This document shows positions 20,647-31,131 of a stretch of 64,000 nucleotides of DNA, piece by piece. The first letter of the stretch is position 1; each line of letters opens with the position of its first letter. Source of the stretch: Nannocystis bainbridge (GTDB lineage: Bacteria > Myxococcota_A > Polyangia > Nannocystales > Nannocystaceae); contig NZ_JAQNDL010000001.1 in assembly GCF_028368995.1 (NCBI RefSeq), forward strand, positions 416,001 to 480,000. The letters run 5' to 3'. A program made the position numbers and the translations under genes. Under the pieces are notes generated by a model. It made no database searches. It worked only from the letters and a program-made list of their open reading frames with translations, and was not told the DNA's origin.

Positions 20647-21417
20647 ATGCGCGTCTCCACCGTCGACCTCGAAACCGCCGCGGGCACTGACCACACCCAA
20701 CTCGTCACACCCGACGGCGCCGGGCCCTGGCCCGCGATCATCCTCTGCACGGACGCCGGCGGCCAGCGCCCGGCCATGCTCGAGATCGCCGGGCGGCTCG
20801 CCGACCTCGGCTACCTGGTCGCCATCCCCGACCTCTATTTCCGCGTGGGCCAGCTTCAGGACCTGCTGCCCGAGGGCGAGAAAGATCGGCCGATCATCAC
20901 GGCGATCTTCGGCGACGCGGCTGTGCGCCAGCGGTGGTTTCAGCGCTTCTACCTGTCCGCCACCGCCGACGAGACCGTGCGCATCGGCGTCGGCGCGGTG
21001 CTCGACCACCTCGCCGCCCGGCCCGACGTGACCGGCAAGGTCGGCACCACCGGCTATTGCATGGGCGGCAACATCTCCCTGCGGATCGCCACGATCTTCG
21101 GCGACCGGATCGCCGCGACGGCCTCGTTCCACGGCGGCGGCCTCGCCACCGCGGCGCCCGACAGCCCGCACCTGCGCGCCGCGGCCGTGCGCTCGCGCGT
21201 CTACGTCGCGGGCGCGATCGAGGACGCAACCTTCACCGACGAGGCCCGGAGCACCCTCGAGGCCGCCCTCACCGAGGCCGGCGTCGAGCACACGATCGAG
21301 GTCTACCCGGGCCGGCACGGCTTCGCCGTGACCGACAACCCGACGTACGACGCGGCCTGCGAGGCGCGGCATTTCGCCGCCCTCGAGGCCCTCTTCGCCG
21401 CGACCCTGCGCGCGTAG
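20647..21417 (+). CDS. Dienelactone hydrolase family protein
   Basis: PDLYFR, GYCMGG nucleophile elbow, SFHGG, YPGRHGFAV. Confidence 0.9.
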   Translation: MRVSTVDLETAAGTDHTQLVTPDGAGPWPAIILCTDAGGQRPAMLEIAGRLADLGYLVAIPDLYFRVGQLQDLLPEGEKDRPIITAIFGDAAVRQRWFQRFYLSATADETVRIGVGAVLDHLAARPDVTGKVGTTGYCMGGNISLRIATIFGDRIAATASFHGGGLATAAPDSPHLRAAAVRSRVYVAGAIEDATFTDEARSTLEAALTEAGVEHTIEVYPGRHGFAVTDNPTYDAACEARHFAALEALFAATLRA

Positions 21418-21659
21418 ACAGCGGTGCAGCGACCCGCGTCTCGCAGCATTGCGAGGCGCGGCGCCGTTCGATGCACCGCGATGCACTCCACCGATTCTCG
21501 GCTCGCGCGAAAATCGACTGCGGCTTCACGACCTCGGCGTCCGCACACGCGCTGAGGGATTCGCCGACACACGCTCTCCGGCCCACCGACGCGCGCGGAG
21601 CGACGAATGGCGCCGCCGGACGTCCACGGGCGACAGCGCCGGCGTTTTGTGGTCCATTC

Positions 21660-23315
21660 ATGTCCATGCGACGTACAGCATGGCTTTGGGGCGCACCGGT
21701 ATTCTGCATGCTCGCCTGCACCGGCGGCGGCGGCGACACCGACACCACCGGTGGCACTGGTTCCCCCGGGACGATGCCCGGCGCGACCGAGGGCGGCACC
21801 CCGGGCACCACCACCGACGACCCGCCGACCACGGGCGGCCCGACCGCGCCGACCGGCACCGACGGCACCACCGCCGCGAGCGACACCACGCCCCCGGCCA
21901 CCACCACCGACGGCACCACCGGCGATCCGCCCGACCCGAACGAGCTCGGCGGCTTCTTCCGCCGCGGCATCAACATCGGCGTGCGCAACCCCAACTTCCC
22001 CGATCCGGACGGCGCCTGGCTCGCGGGACAGGTCGGCTGCAACAGCATCCGCGTCTCGCTGCCCGAGCGGCACCTCGTCACCTGGGGTTACGACATCGAG
22101 GTCTCCGACGTCGACGCCTACGCCGGCATGGGCCTCGATCGTCACATCGCCTTCTTGACCTCGCCGATCGCCGAGCACTCCTCGGCGCCGGACGGCACCC
22201 CGGAGTGGGAGCTCGCGCATTACATCCCGGCCAACCTCTACGAGCCGGCGATCGTCGATGGCGCCATCAACCCGGACAACTACTGGGCCGAATACGTGTA
22301 CAAGACCGTCAGCACGTACAAGGACCACGTCGATATGTGGGAGATCTGGAACGAGCCCGACTGGGTCGCCGACTGGAATTATACCGAGACGTGGGACACC
22401 GATCCGCCGACCAAGGAGCAATTGGTGCGCTTCGGCGGCTCGATCTTCGACTACGTGCGCATGCTACGGGTCAGCAAAGAGGCCGCCCTGCTCGCCGATC
22501 CCGACGCCAAGATCGCCCTCGGCGGCATCGGCTACCCCAACTTCCTCGACGCCCTGCTGCGCTACACCGACAACCCCGACGGCGGCGCCGTCACGGGCGA
22601 GTTCCCCGAGACCGGCGCGGCCTACTTCGACGTCCTCAACTACCATTATTACCCGCTGTGGACCCCCGGCAATTCCGACGCCGGCGCCGACGGTTTCTTC
22701 GCCACGCGCGACGCCTTCGCCGCCAAGATGGCGGCCGCCGGCGTGCCCGAGCGGCCCTACAACGTCACCGAGGTCGGCGCGCCCAAGACCGCCCTGAACG
22801 GCCAGCCCGGCGGCCTCGAGTACGCGCGCAACTTCTACGTCAAGGTGTTCGCGCGCGCCCAGGCCGAGAAGTTCGTCGGCGCCGACTGGTTCATCCTCAG
22901 CGACGGCGACCCGGGCGAGTCGTTCGGCGAGATGGGCCTCTATCAGGACATCAAGGATCTCGGCAAAAAGGAAGACGCGACGCCCTCGGTCACCGGCGTC
23001 GCCGCGAAGACGCTCAACACCCTGCTCGCCGACTCGCGCGCCGACCCGGTCGCCGCCGCCGCCCTGGCCGCGCCCGCCGACGTGCGCGCCTACGCGTTCC
23101 GCCTGCCCGACGACCGCCAGGCGATCGTCGCCTGGGCCTACGCGCCCGGCACCGACGAATCGGCGCAGGCCCAATTCGACCTGCCGACCGACAAGAGCTT
23201 CGACGTGCACGCCTGGGACTTCAGCCAGACCGGCACCGCCACCCCGGTGAGCCCGGAAGGCGGCCTCCTCGGCCTCGACCTCACCGCCTCGCCGATCATC
23301 CTCGTCGAGCAGTGA
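21660..23315 (+). CDS. Lipoprotein glycoside hydrolase (clan GH-A like)
   Basis: MLAC lipobox, T/G/P stalk, WEIWNEPD (acid/base), [14 protein letters not shown] (nucleophile). Confidence 0.82.
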   Translation: MSMRRTAWLWGAPVFCMLACTGGGGDTDTTGGTGSPGTMPGATEGGTPGTTTDDPPTTGGPTAPTGTDGTTAASDTTPPATTTDGTTGDPPDPNELGGFFRRGINIGVRNPNFPDPDGAWLAGQVGCNSIRVSLPERHLVTWGYDIEVSDVDAYAGMGLDRHIAFLTSPIAEHSSAPDGTPEWELAHYIPANLYEPAIVDGAINPDNYWAEYVYKTVSTYKDHVDMWEIWNEPDWVADWNYTETWDTDPPTKEQLVRFGGSIFDYVRMLRVSKEAALLADPDAKIALGGIGYPNFLDALLRYTDNPDGGAVTGEFPETGAAYFDVLNYHYYPLWTPGNSDAGADGFFATRDAFAAKMAAAGVPERPYNVTEVGAPKTALNGQPGGLEYARNFYVKVFARAQAEKFVGADWFILSDGDPGESFGEMGLYQDIKDLGKKEDATPSVTGVAAKTLNTLLADSRADPVAAAALAAPADVRAYAFRLPDDRQAIVAWAYAPGTDESAQAQFDLPTDKSFDVHAWDFSQTGTATPVSPEGGLLGLDLTASPIILVEQ

Positions 23316-23327
23316 GCCTCGGCCGCG

Positions 23328-23393
23328 CGGCATGGCCTTCAAGACATGTACTTTTGTACATTTTCTGAAGGACATGCCTCGACGGCCATGTCG
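23328..23393. repeat. GGACATGTCC-like array, 14-bp period, 5 units
   Basis: Cores at 23331, 23345, 23359, 23373, 23387. Confidence 0.85.
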
Positions 23394-23531
23394 TCGCTGA
23401 AGCTCACCGGCCTCGCCCACCTCTCACAGCCCATCCCCCGCGGTTCCGATATCCTTGCGCGAGCGGGCTCGGCCGCGCGGCTTTGCCTCGTTTGATAATC
23501 GTGGTAGTGGGCCGATGAAGCCCCCTTCCCC

Positions 23532-24191
23532 ATGCCCGACCTGACGCTGCACGCCCATCCTTTGTCTTCCTATTGCTGGAAGGTCCTGATCGCCCTCTAC
23601 GAGGCCGGGACCGCGTTCACCTTCCAGCACCTCGATCTCGCCGACCCGTCCGCGCGGGCCGAGTTTTACGCCCTGTGGCCGATCGGCAAGATGCCTGTGC
23701 TCGTCGACGCCACGGCGGGGCGGACCGTCGCCGAGACCAGCGTCATCATCGAGTACCTCGAGCGCTACGCCCCGGCCGCGCGCCGCATGCTGCCCACCGA
23801 GCCCGAGGAGGCGCTCACGGCTCGCTTCTGGGACCGCTTCTGCGACCTCTACCTCTCGACGCCGATGCAGAAGGTCGTCGGCGACCGCATCCGCCCGGAG
23901 GGCAGCCGCGATCCGTTCGGCGTCGACGAGGCGCGGCGCACTCTGGACGCCGCGTTCGGCGTGCTCGAGGCCCACATGCAGGGGCGCGAGTGGGCGGCCG
24001 GTTCGTCGTTCGGCCTGGCCGACTGCGCCGCCTCGCCGGCCCTCTTCTACGCCGACCAGATCGCATCGCTGCGCGAGCGCCCGGTCCTCGCCGCCTACCT
24101 CGCGCGGCTCGCAGCGCGCCCGTCGTTCGCGCGCGTGCTCGACGAGGCCGGGCCGTGGATGCACAACTTCCCGCGCGAGAACCGGCCCTGA
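23532..24191 (+). CDS. Glutathione S-transferase family protein
   Basis: HPLSSYCWKVLIALYE, PIGKMPVL, ETSVIIEYL, FGLADC. Confidence 0.92.
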   Translation: MPDLTLHAHPLSSYCWKVLIALYEAGTAFTFQHLDLADPSARAEFYALWPIGKMPVLVDATAGRTVAETSVIIEYLERYAPAARRMLPTEPEEALTARFWDRFCDLYLSTPMQKVVGDRIRPEGSRDPFGVDEARRTLDAAFGVLEAHMQGREWAAGSSFGLADCAASPALFYADQIASLRERPVLAAYLARLAARPSFARVLDEAGPWMHNFPRENRP

Positions 24192-24283
24192 GCCTCGGGC
24201 CGGCCGCGACGCGAGGCCGACGCGGATGGCGCCGGAAGTGAAGCCGCGCCAATCCATGGGCGCGCCGGCTCGAGGCGTGCGCG

Positions 24284-24340
24284 CGGAATGTCCGAAGGGA
24301 CATGTCCGAAAGTTTCGGACATGTCCCCTCGGACACACGC
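24284..24340. repeat. Long palindrome built from two GGACATGTCC pairs
   Basis: tgtccgaagggacatgtccgaaa-g-tttcggacatgtcccctcggaca (24289-24335): 23-bp arms with one mismatch, between convergent genes. Confidence 0.9.
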
Positions 24341-24353
24341 CGGCGCGGCCCGG

Positions 24354-25997
24354 TCAGGCCGCCGGGTCGGGGCGCAGCCGCTCGAGGTACTTCAGGTCGA
24401 AGTCGAACCAGCGGTTCATCGGCCACTTCGCCTCGGTCTTGCCCCACTCGATCATCTGCCTCAGCTTCTCGGGCAGCACGTCGGCGTGGTGGGCGGCAGG
24501 GTCGCCCCACGGGTGGATCGGCGGCAGGGGGGCGCGCCCGAGCACCTCGAACACCAGGGTGGCGGCCTGGTCCGCGTCGATCTCGCCGGCCTCCCAGCGG
24601 TCGAACGTCGCGTCGGTGAAGCGGCGCATGTCCTCCAGCGGATCCTCGCCGGGCGCGGGCTCCAGCGGCAGCGGGTCGGCGTCGAGCTTGGCGAACTCGG
24701 CCTTGTCGCCGGTCTCGAGGTACTTGAGACAGACCCGGAACATGCGCAGGTCGCCGAACAGGATGTTGACGAGCCACACCCGCAGGAACGCGTTCCAGGT
24801 CTCGAAATTGGCGAACGAGCGGAACGAGTTGTGGACCATGCGGTCGTTGTCGAGCAGCATCGCGTCCTGCAGCCGCTTCGGGTACTCGAAGCGCTCCACC
24901 GCGAAATCGTCGTCCTTCAGGGCCTGGATCAGCCGCGGCGCGAACGCGTGGATCGTCTCGAACGTGTTGATCATGCCGCGCGAGTACAGGGCGTCGATGA
25001 AGCCGTGGGCGTGCGACATCAGGAAGAACCGCTTGCCGACGCTGTCGGTCGCGGTGAACTGCAGGCGGCTGGTGCCGACCCACGGCCGCGTGATCTCGGC
25101 GCCCTGCAGGTGGCGGACGATGCTGGGGTAGCGATTGACGACGTCCCAGAACTCCTGCTCCGGCGTGATATCGGTGCGCTGCGGGTATTTGCGCATGTCG
25201 AGGGTCAGGCCGACGCTCGTCAGGTCGCTCTCCGAGCCGGGCACGTTGTCGAAGCGGATCACCCAGAACCACCCGCCGTCGATCACGTGGTGCAGCGTGC
25301 CCTCGTAGTAGCCGCGCGACAGGCCGGGCCGCTCGTGCGGGGCGATGGTGTCGTCGTAGCGCTGGAAACCGCGCATGTGGGTGAAGATCGTGCGCGACTG
25401 GGTGCGCAGCGGCGGCACCTCCGGGCGCAGGCCCAGCTTCTCGGCCACCAGCGACTTGTGGCCGGTGGCGTCGACCAGGTAGCGGGCGTGGAACTCCTCG
25501 CCGGAGGCGGCCCGCAGGACCACGCCGTCGTCCTCGAGCGAGAAGTCGACCACGTCGGTGCGGTCGCGGTAGGTCGCGCCGTAGCGAACCGCCGCCTTCA
25601 CCACGTAGTGATCGATGTCGGCGCGGAACAGGTGGCTCTCGGACGCCAGCGGCGTCGGCGGCGGGACCAACAGGTGCCCCTTGTTCGGGTCCTGCCACTG
25701 GCCCTCGTCGTGGTAGAGGAACCCGAAGGTCTTCTTCACGCCGCAGTTGCGGGTCACGTGCCGCAAGATCTTCTGCGTGCAGCTCAGGTTTTGGATCTCC
25801 GGCACGTCGAACCGCTCGCCGAGGATCCACAGCAGCATCGAGCTCTGCGGCTGCATCGCCTCGCCGACGGCGAAGCGCGGGTGTGTGCCCTTCTCGAGCA
25901 GCAGCACGCGGAACCCCTGGCGGCCGAGGATCGCGGCCAGCACGGCGCCCGCGATCCCCGAGCCGAGAATCGCTACATCGTATTTTTCGTGATTCAC
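24354..25997 (-). CDS. Flavin-dependent halogenase, PrnC-like
   Basis: GSGIAG FAD motif, HPRFAVGE, GVKKTFGF (catalytic Lys region), EGTLHH, GWFWVIRF (WxWxI), HAHGFIDALYSRG, DDDFAVERFEY. Confidence 0.88.
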   Translation of the reverse strand: MNHEKYDVAILGSGIAGAVLAAILGRQGFRVLLLEKGTHPRFAVGEAMQPQSSMLLWILGERFDVPEIQNLSCTQKILRHVTRNCGVKKTFGFLYHDEGQWQDPNKGHLLVPPPTPLASESHLFRADIDHYVVKAAVRYGATYRDRTDVVDFSLEDDGVVLRAASGEEFHARYLVDATGHKSLVAEKLGLRPEVPPLRTQSRTIFTHMRGFQRYDDTIAPHERPGLSRGYYEGTLHHVIDGGWFWVIRFDNVPGSESDLTSVGLTLDMRKYPQRTDITPEQEFWDVVNRYPSIVRHLQGAEITRPWVGTSRLQFTATDSVGKRFFLMSHAHGFIDALYSRGMINTFETIHAFAPRLIQALKDDDFAVERFEYPKRLQDAMLLDNDRMVHNSFRSFANFETWNAFLRVWLVNILFGDLRMFRVCLKYLETGDKAEFAKLDADPLPLEPAPGEDPLEDMRRFTDATFDRWEAGEIDADQAATLVFEVLGRAPLPPIHPWGDPAAHHADVLPEKLRQMIEWGKTEAKWPMNRWFDFDLKYLERLRPDPAA

Positions 25998-26292
25998 GAG
26001 ATTCTCTCCAAGGTGCGCGAATCAGCGAATCGTGGCATCGGCTCGTCTCCGCGCTCGAATCGCCTCATCGGGTCATGTCGAACGCGAAATCTTCGTGGAG
26101 CCGACGCGCCCCGTCAATGCCACGCGGCCTCGGCGCGAGCGGGCGATTCGGCGACATCGCCGAAATCTCGGAGCCGCCCGCCGGGCATCGTCCGATGGCC
26201 GTCGCACCCACATCGGAGGCGAAGGGGGCTTCCGCGTTCGTCGCGGGTTTCGACACTCTTCGCATTCGCCGCGCCGGCCCGGCGCCGGTGAA

Positions 26293-28197
26293 TCATTCGA
26301 CCTGAAGATCTGGAGCTACCGCCCGCAGCTCGCTCAGGGTCGGTTCGAATTGGTCCTCTGCGCAGCGCGACCCGGTGACCAGTCGCTGCAGCGAGTTCAG
26401 CCATGGCGCGCCGACCAGGGGGCGCAGCCGCTCGCCGTCGAGCTCCCGGCTGCTCAAATGGAGGCGTGTCAGCCGGCGGAGGTGGGACGCCCCCCCGAGC
26501 GCGGCGACCCCCGCGATCCCGATCGCGCTGCCGCTGAACCACAGCTCCGTCAGCGCGGCCAGCGGTCCGCTTACGAGCGCGGCGAATCCGTCGTCGCCGA
26601 TCTCGCGGTTGCCCGCCAGATCGAGGCCCGCGAGCCCGGCCAGCAGCGGCGCGTCCGCCAGCGTGCGCGCCCCCTCGTCGCCGATCGCCGCGTTGGCGAG
26701 CACGAGCAGCCGCAGCCGCGGCCAGGGCGCCGACGCCAGCGCCGCGACGCCCTCGTCGCCGACGTGGTTCCTGTCGAGCAGCAGCTCGCGCACGCTGGCG
26801 AGGTGGGCCGCCGACGCCAGCGCACGCGCCCCCTTCGGCCCGAAGCCGGTGTGCCGCAGGCTCAGTCGCCTCAGCCGCGTGATGTGGGGCGCCTCCGCGA
26901 GCGCCCGCGCGGCGGTGTTGCCGAGCGGGTTGTCGTCGAGCAGCAGGCACTCGAGGCGCGCGAGCCACGGCTCCTCGATCAGGTCGCGCGCGCCCGCGGG
27001 GCCGATGTCGTTGTCGCGCAGGTCGAGCTGCGTCAGCCCGGTCAGTTGATCGGCGATCGCCAGCGTCGCGGCGCCGTCGTCGTCGAGCTTGTTGTAGGCC
27101 AGCCGGAGCTCGCGCAGGCCCGCGAGCGAGTCGGCGTAGGCGATGGCCTCCACGCCGGCGATGCCGATGTGGTTGTGGCTCAGGTCGAGCGTCCGCAGCC
27201 GCTGCATCCGCCCGACGATCGCCCGCACGCCCGCGGGCCCGAGCTCGTTGTCGTAGAGGTCGAGCAGGGTCAGGTTCGGCAAGCCCTCGGCCAGGGCCCT
27301 GGCGCCGGCGGGGCCGAGGTAGCTGGCGCCCAGCCACAGCTCGCGCAGGCCGCTCAGGTTGGGCGTCGCGGCCAGCGCCCGCGCGCCCACGTGGGTGAGG
27401 CGGCTCCACTGCAGGTCGAGGGTGACGAGCTGCCGCAGGTGACGCGCCGACGCCAGCGCGAGCGCTCCCTCGTCGCCGCACGGGTCGCCCGCGCCGTCGA
27501 AGAACGAGCCGCCGAGCCACAGCTCGCGCAGCTCGGCGAGGTGCGACGCGGCTGCCAGCGCGCGCACGCCCTCGGGACCGATCCGGCAGCTCTGCAGGTC
27601 GAGCCGGGTCAGGCCCGCGAGGTGCTTCGCGCCGGCCAGCGCCAGCCCGCCGGCCTCGAAGATCCGGTTGGCGCGCAGTTTCAACGCGCGCAGCTGGGAC
27701 ATGTGGGTCGCCTCCGCCAGCGCCCGCGCCCCGTCCTCGCCGATGTCGTTGCGCTCGGCCGCGAGATCGAGGCTGGTGACGACCGCGAGCAGCGGCGTAC
27801 ACAGCGTCGCCTTCAGCGCCTCGAGATCGTCCTCGATCCCGCGCAGGTGCAGCCCCTGGACCGGCGCATCGCGGACCAGCCGCTCGCCGATCGCCGCGAC
27901 CCGACCCGGCGTCAGCGACACCGTGTCGACGAAGCCGCGGGTCCAGGTCGCCTCGCCGACGCGCAGCCCGAGCTCGTGGTGCCAGGCCTCGTCGTGAAGG
28001 GCGAGCAGCGCCTCGGCGCGGATCACCAGCTCGCCCTGCGCGTCGTCGTCCTCGCTCCGGGCCGCCGCGCACTGCAGCTCGATGAACTCGCCGCGCGGGT
28101 CGCCGCGCTGACGCAGCTGCCGGGCCAGCGCCAGCCGCGGCCCGTCGTCGTCGGGGCGGGCGCGGATCGCCGCCAGCGCGTCGTCGGAGGATGACAT
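26293..28197 (-). CDS. TIGR02996-type N-terminal domain plus leucine-rich repeats
   Basis: AIRARPDDDGPRLALA...GDPRGEFIELQC, followed by many LxxLxLxxNxIGxxGAxALA repeats. Confidence 0.88.
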   Translation of the reverse strand: MSSSDDALAAIRARPDDDGPRLALARQLRQRGDPRGEFIELQCAAARSEDDDAQGELVIRAEALLALHDEAWHHELGLRVGEATWTRGFVDTVSLTPGRVAAIGERLVRDAPVQGLHLRGIEDDLEALKATLCTPLLAVVTSLDLAAERNDIGEDGARALAEATHMSQLRALKLRANRIFEAGGLALAGAKHLAGLTRLDLQSCRIGPEGVRALAAASHLAELRELWLGGSFFDGAGDPCGDEGALALASARHLRQLVTLDLQWSRLTHVGARALAATPNLSGLRELWLGASYLGPAGARALAEGLPNLTLLDLYDNELGPAGVRAIVGRMQRLRTLDLSHNHIGIAGVEAIAYADSLAGLRELRLAYNKLDDDGAATLAIADQLTGLTQLDLRDNDIGPAGARDLIEEPWLARLECLLLDDNPLGNTAARALAEAPHITRLRRLSLRHTGFGPKGARALASAAHLASVRELLLDRNHVGDEGVAALASAPWPRLRLLVLANAAIGDEGARTLADAPLLAGLAGLDLAGNREIGDDGFAALVSGPLAALTELWFSGSAIGIAGVAALGGASHLRRLTRLHLSSRELDGERLRPLVGAPWLNSLQRLVTGSRCAEDQFEPTLSELRAVAPDLQVE

Positions 28198-28307
28198 CGG
28201 CCTCGCGCAGTCTAGGCGCCGACGGCCGCGCCGCGTCAAGGCCGAGCGCGGGCCCGTTCCCGCGCGTCGGCGTGGTGGTGCATCGCGGACGCCCCGACGC
28301 GCCCGCG

Positions 28308-28811
28308 TCAGCCGGCCGCGGCCTGGCGCAGCGCGTCGATGTCGAGCTTCTTCATCTGCATCATCGCCGCGGTGGCCCGCTTGGCCCGCGCCGGATCGGG
28401 GTCGCCGAGCACCTCGAACAGCGCGTCGGGCACGACCTGCCACGACACGCCGAACTTGTCCTTGAGCCAGCCGCACTGCTGCGCCCGCGGGTCGCCGCCC
28501 TCGCTCAGGCGCTCCCAGTAGTGATCGACCTCGGCCTGGGTCTGGCAGTGAACCACCAGCGAGATGGCCTCGGTGAACTTGAACATCGGCCCGCCGTTGA
28601 TGGCGCCGAACTCGATGCCGTCGAGGATGAAGCCCACGGTCATGACCGAGCCCGGCTTGTGCCCGCCCGGCCCGGCGCTCTCGGCGGAGTAGCGCGTGGT
28701 CTTGGTGATCCGCGAGTCGGGGAAGATCGCGGTGTAGAAGTTCGCCGCCTCCTCGGCCTGATCGTCGAACCAGAGGAAGGTGGAGATCCGCTGCTTGATC
28801 GTGGCTGCCAT
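28308..28811 (-). CDS. VOC family protein (PhnB / 3-demethylubiquinone-9 methyltransferase-like)
   Basis: FLWFDDQAEEAANFY, NGGPMFKFTEAISL, CGWLKDKFGVSWQV. Confidence 0.92.
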   Translation of the reverse strand: MAATIKQRISTFLWFDDQAEEAANFYTAIFPDSRITKTTRYSAESAGPGGHKPGSVMTVGFILDGIEFGAINGGPMFKFTEAISLVVHCQTQAEVDHYWERLSEGGDPRAQQCGWLKDKFGVSWQVVPDALFEVLGDPDPARAKRATAAMMQMKKLDIDALRQAAAG

Positions 28812-29146
28812 GGTGAATCCTTCGTGATGTGCCGTGTTGACGTTGGGGGTGACCCGGCCCTGCCTGGGCGGCTCCGCGGCCGTGCTCACGAGAGATGTCG
28901 TTTTCGCGGGGCCGCTTTCGACACGCCCGACCCACCTCGACGAAAAAAATCTCGCGGCGGCCGCCGAGCGGCAGAGCCCGCCGAGCGCATGGCGCGCGAG
29001 AACCCATCGTCACGGAGCCGTGCGAGGCACTCGTCGCCGACTCCGACGCGGCGACACGCACGCGACCTCGCGCGTCACCGGCGAGGCCACGCCGGGCGAA
29101 ACCTCTGCGCGCCGCCCGGGCGTGGCGAAGACGCTAGGCTCTCCGC

Positions 29147-31081
29147 ATGCGACCTGCGCCGACGTTCCTCGCCTCGCTCGACGACGCCGTCGAGGTCTTG
29201 CTCGCGCGCGTGCCCGGCCCGCTGCACGTCGGCGCCCCGCTCGGCCTCGGCAAGCCGCATCGCCTGCTCAACGCCCTGTATCACCGCGTGGCCGCCGACC
29301 CCACGCGGCCCCTGCACCTCTACACCGCGCTCTCGCTCGATCCGCCCGAGCCCGGCGAGGGCCTGCAGGCCCGCTTCCTCGCCCCGTTCGTGCGCCGCCA
29401 CTTCGGCGACGAGTTCCCGCGCCTGGCCTACGTCGAAGCGCTGCGTCGCGACGCCCTGCCGGCGCACGTCGAGGTCGAGGAGTTCTATCTGCAGTCCGGC
29501 GCGCTGCTCGGCTCCCCGGCGGCGCAGCGGCGCTACACCAGCCTCAACTACACCCACGTGGCCCGCGCGCTGGCCGAGCGCGGGCTCAACGCGATCGTGC
29601 AGAAGGTCGCGCGCGAGCCCGGCGACGCGCCGCCGACCCGGCTGTCGCTGTCGTGCAACACCGACGTCACCCTCGACGCGCTCGACGCCGTGGCCGCGCG
29701 CGGGCTGCCGCGCCCGCTGCTGATCGCCGAGATCGATCCGTCGCTGCCGTGGCTCGGCGGCAGCGCGGCGGTGCCGACCGAGCTGTTCGACGTCGTCGTC
29801 GAGCCTCCGGGCCCGCATCCGCAGCTGTTCGGGCTGCCGCGCCAGCCCGTGGCCGACGCCGACTACGCGATCGGCTTTCACGCCAGCACCCTGGTGCGCG
29901 ACGGTGGCACGCTGCAGATCGGCATCGGCGCGCTGGCCGACGCGCTGAGCCACGCGCTCGTCCTGCGGCACACCGACAATGCGACCTACCGCGCCGTCCT
30001 GCGCGCGCTCGGCTCGCCGCGCGCCGACGACCCCGCGCTCGCGCCGTTCGCCGTCGGCCTCTACGGCTGCAGCGAGATGATCAACGAGGGCTTCCGCCGG
30101 CTCGTGCAAGTCGGCGTGGTCGGGCGCAAGGTCGTCGACGACCTCGCGGTGATGCAGCGCGTCGAGGGCGGCTCGGCCGACGCCGACGACCTGGCCCGGC
30201 TCGCGCGCGACGGCGAGTACCTGCACGGCGCGTTCTACCTCGGCTCGCCCGAGCTCTACGCCTGGCTGCGCGCCCTGCCGGACGCCGAGCGGCGCGCGAT
30301 CGGCATGCGCCGCGTCAGCGCCATCAACGACCTCGACGGCCCCGAGGAGCCGCTCAAGCGGCTGCAGCGCCGCGAGGCCCGCTTCTTCAACACCTGCATG
30401 ATGGCGACCGCGCTCGGGGCCGCGACCTCCGACGCGCTCGACGGCGGCCGCGTCGTCTCCGGCGTCGGCGGGCAGTACAACTTCGTCGCCATGGCCCACG
30501 CGATGCCCGACGCGCGCTCGATCCTGCTGCTGCGCGCCATTCGTGACAGCGGCGGCCGCACGTCCTCCAATGTCGTGTGGAGCTATGGTCATACCACCAT
30601 CCCCCGCCATTTGCGCGACGTCTACGTCAGCGAATACGGGATCGCCGACGTGCGCGGCAAGGCCGACGAGGATTGCGTAATCGCCATGGCGGCGATCGCC
30701 GACGCCCGCTTTCAGGCCGGCCTTTTGGCGGCCGCCGAGGCCAACCTCAAGCTGCGGCGCGGCTTCACGGCGCCGGGGCGCTGGGCCGACAACACGCCCG
30801 AGGCGCTGCGCGAGCGGCTGGCCCCGCACCGGGCCGCCGGGGCGCTGCCCGACTACCCGCTCGGCAGCGACTTCACCCCGGTCGAGCAGCGGCTGGCCCG
30901 CGCGCTCGGCTGGCTCAAGGCCCACGCCGATCACAAGCTCCACATCGCCGTGCGCGCCATGACCGGCGCCGCCACCGACGACTTCGAGGCGCTGCAGCGA
31001 ATGCAGCTCGATCGCCCGCAGGGCGCCCAGGAGTGGCTGCAGTCGCGGCTCCTCGGCCTGGCGCTGCGCATGACCGCGTGA
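29147..31081 (+). CDS. Acetyl-CoA hydrolase/transferase family protein
   Basis: PLGLGKP, GGTLQIGIG, CSEM, VSGVGGQYNFV, TIPRHLRD, EYGIADVRG. Confidence 0.9.
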   Translation: MRPAPTFLASLDDAVEVLLARVPGPLHVGAPLGLGKPHRLLNALYHRVAADPTRPLHLYTALSLDPPEPGEGLQARFLAPFVRRHFGDEFPRLAYVEALRRDALPAHVEVEEFYLQSGALLGSPAAQRRYTSLNYTHVARALAERGLNAIVQKVAREPGDAPPTRLSLSCNTDVTLDALDAVAARGLPRPLLIAEIDPSLPWLGGSAAVPTELFDVVVEPPGPHPQLFGLPRQPVADADYAIGFHASTLVRDGGTLQIGIGALADALSHALVLRHTDNATYRAVLRALGSPRADDPALAPFAVGLYGCSEMINEGFRRLVQVGVVGRKVVDDLAVMQRVEGGSADADDLARLARDGEYLHGAFYLGSPELYAWLRALPDAERRAIGMRRVSAINDLDGPEEPLKRLQRREARFFNTCMMATALGAATSDALDGGRVVSGVGGQYNFVAMAHAMPDARSILLLRAIRDSGGRTSSNVVWSYGHTTIPRHLRDVYVSEYGIADVRGKADEDCVIAMAAIADARFQAGLLAAAEANLKLRRGFTAPGRWADNTPEALRERLAPHRAAGALPDYPLGSDFTPVEQRLARALGWLKAHADHKLHIAVRAMTGAATDDFEALQRMQLDRPQGAQEWLQSRLLGLALRMTA

Positions 31082-31131
31082 GCGGGCGCCGGCCGGCGCC
31101 TCGCCGGCGCGCGGCGAGGCACCCGCTCGAT

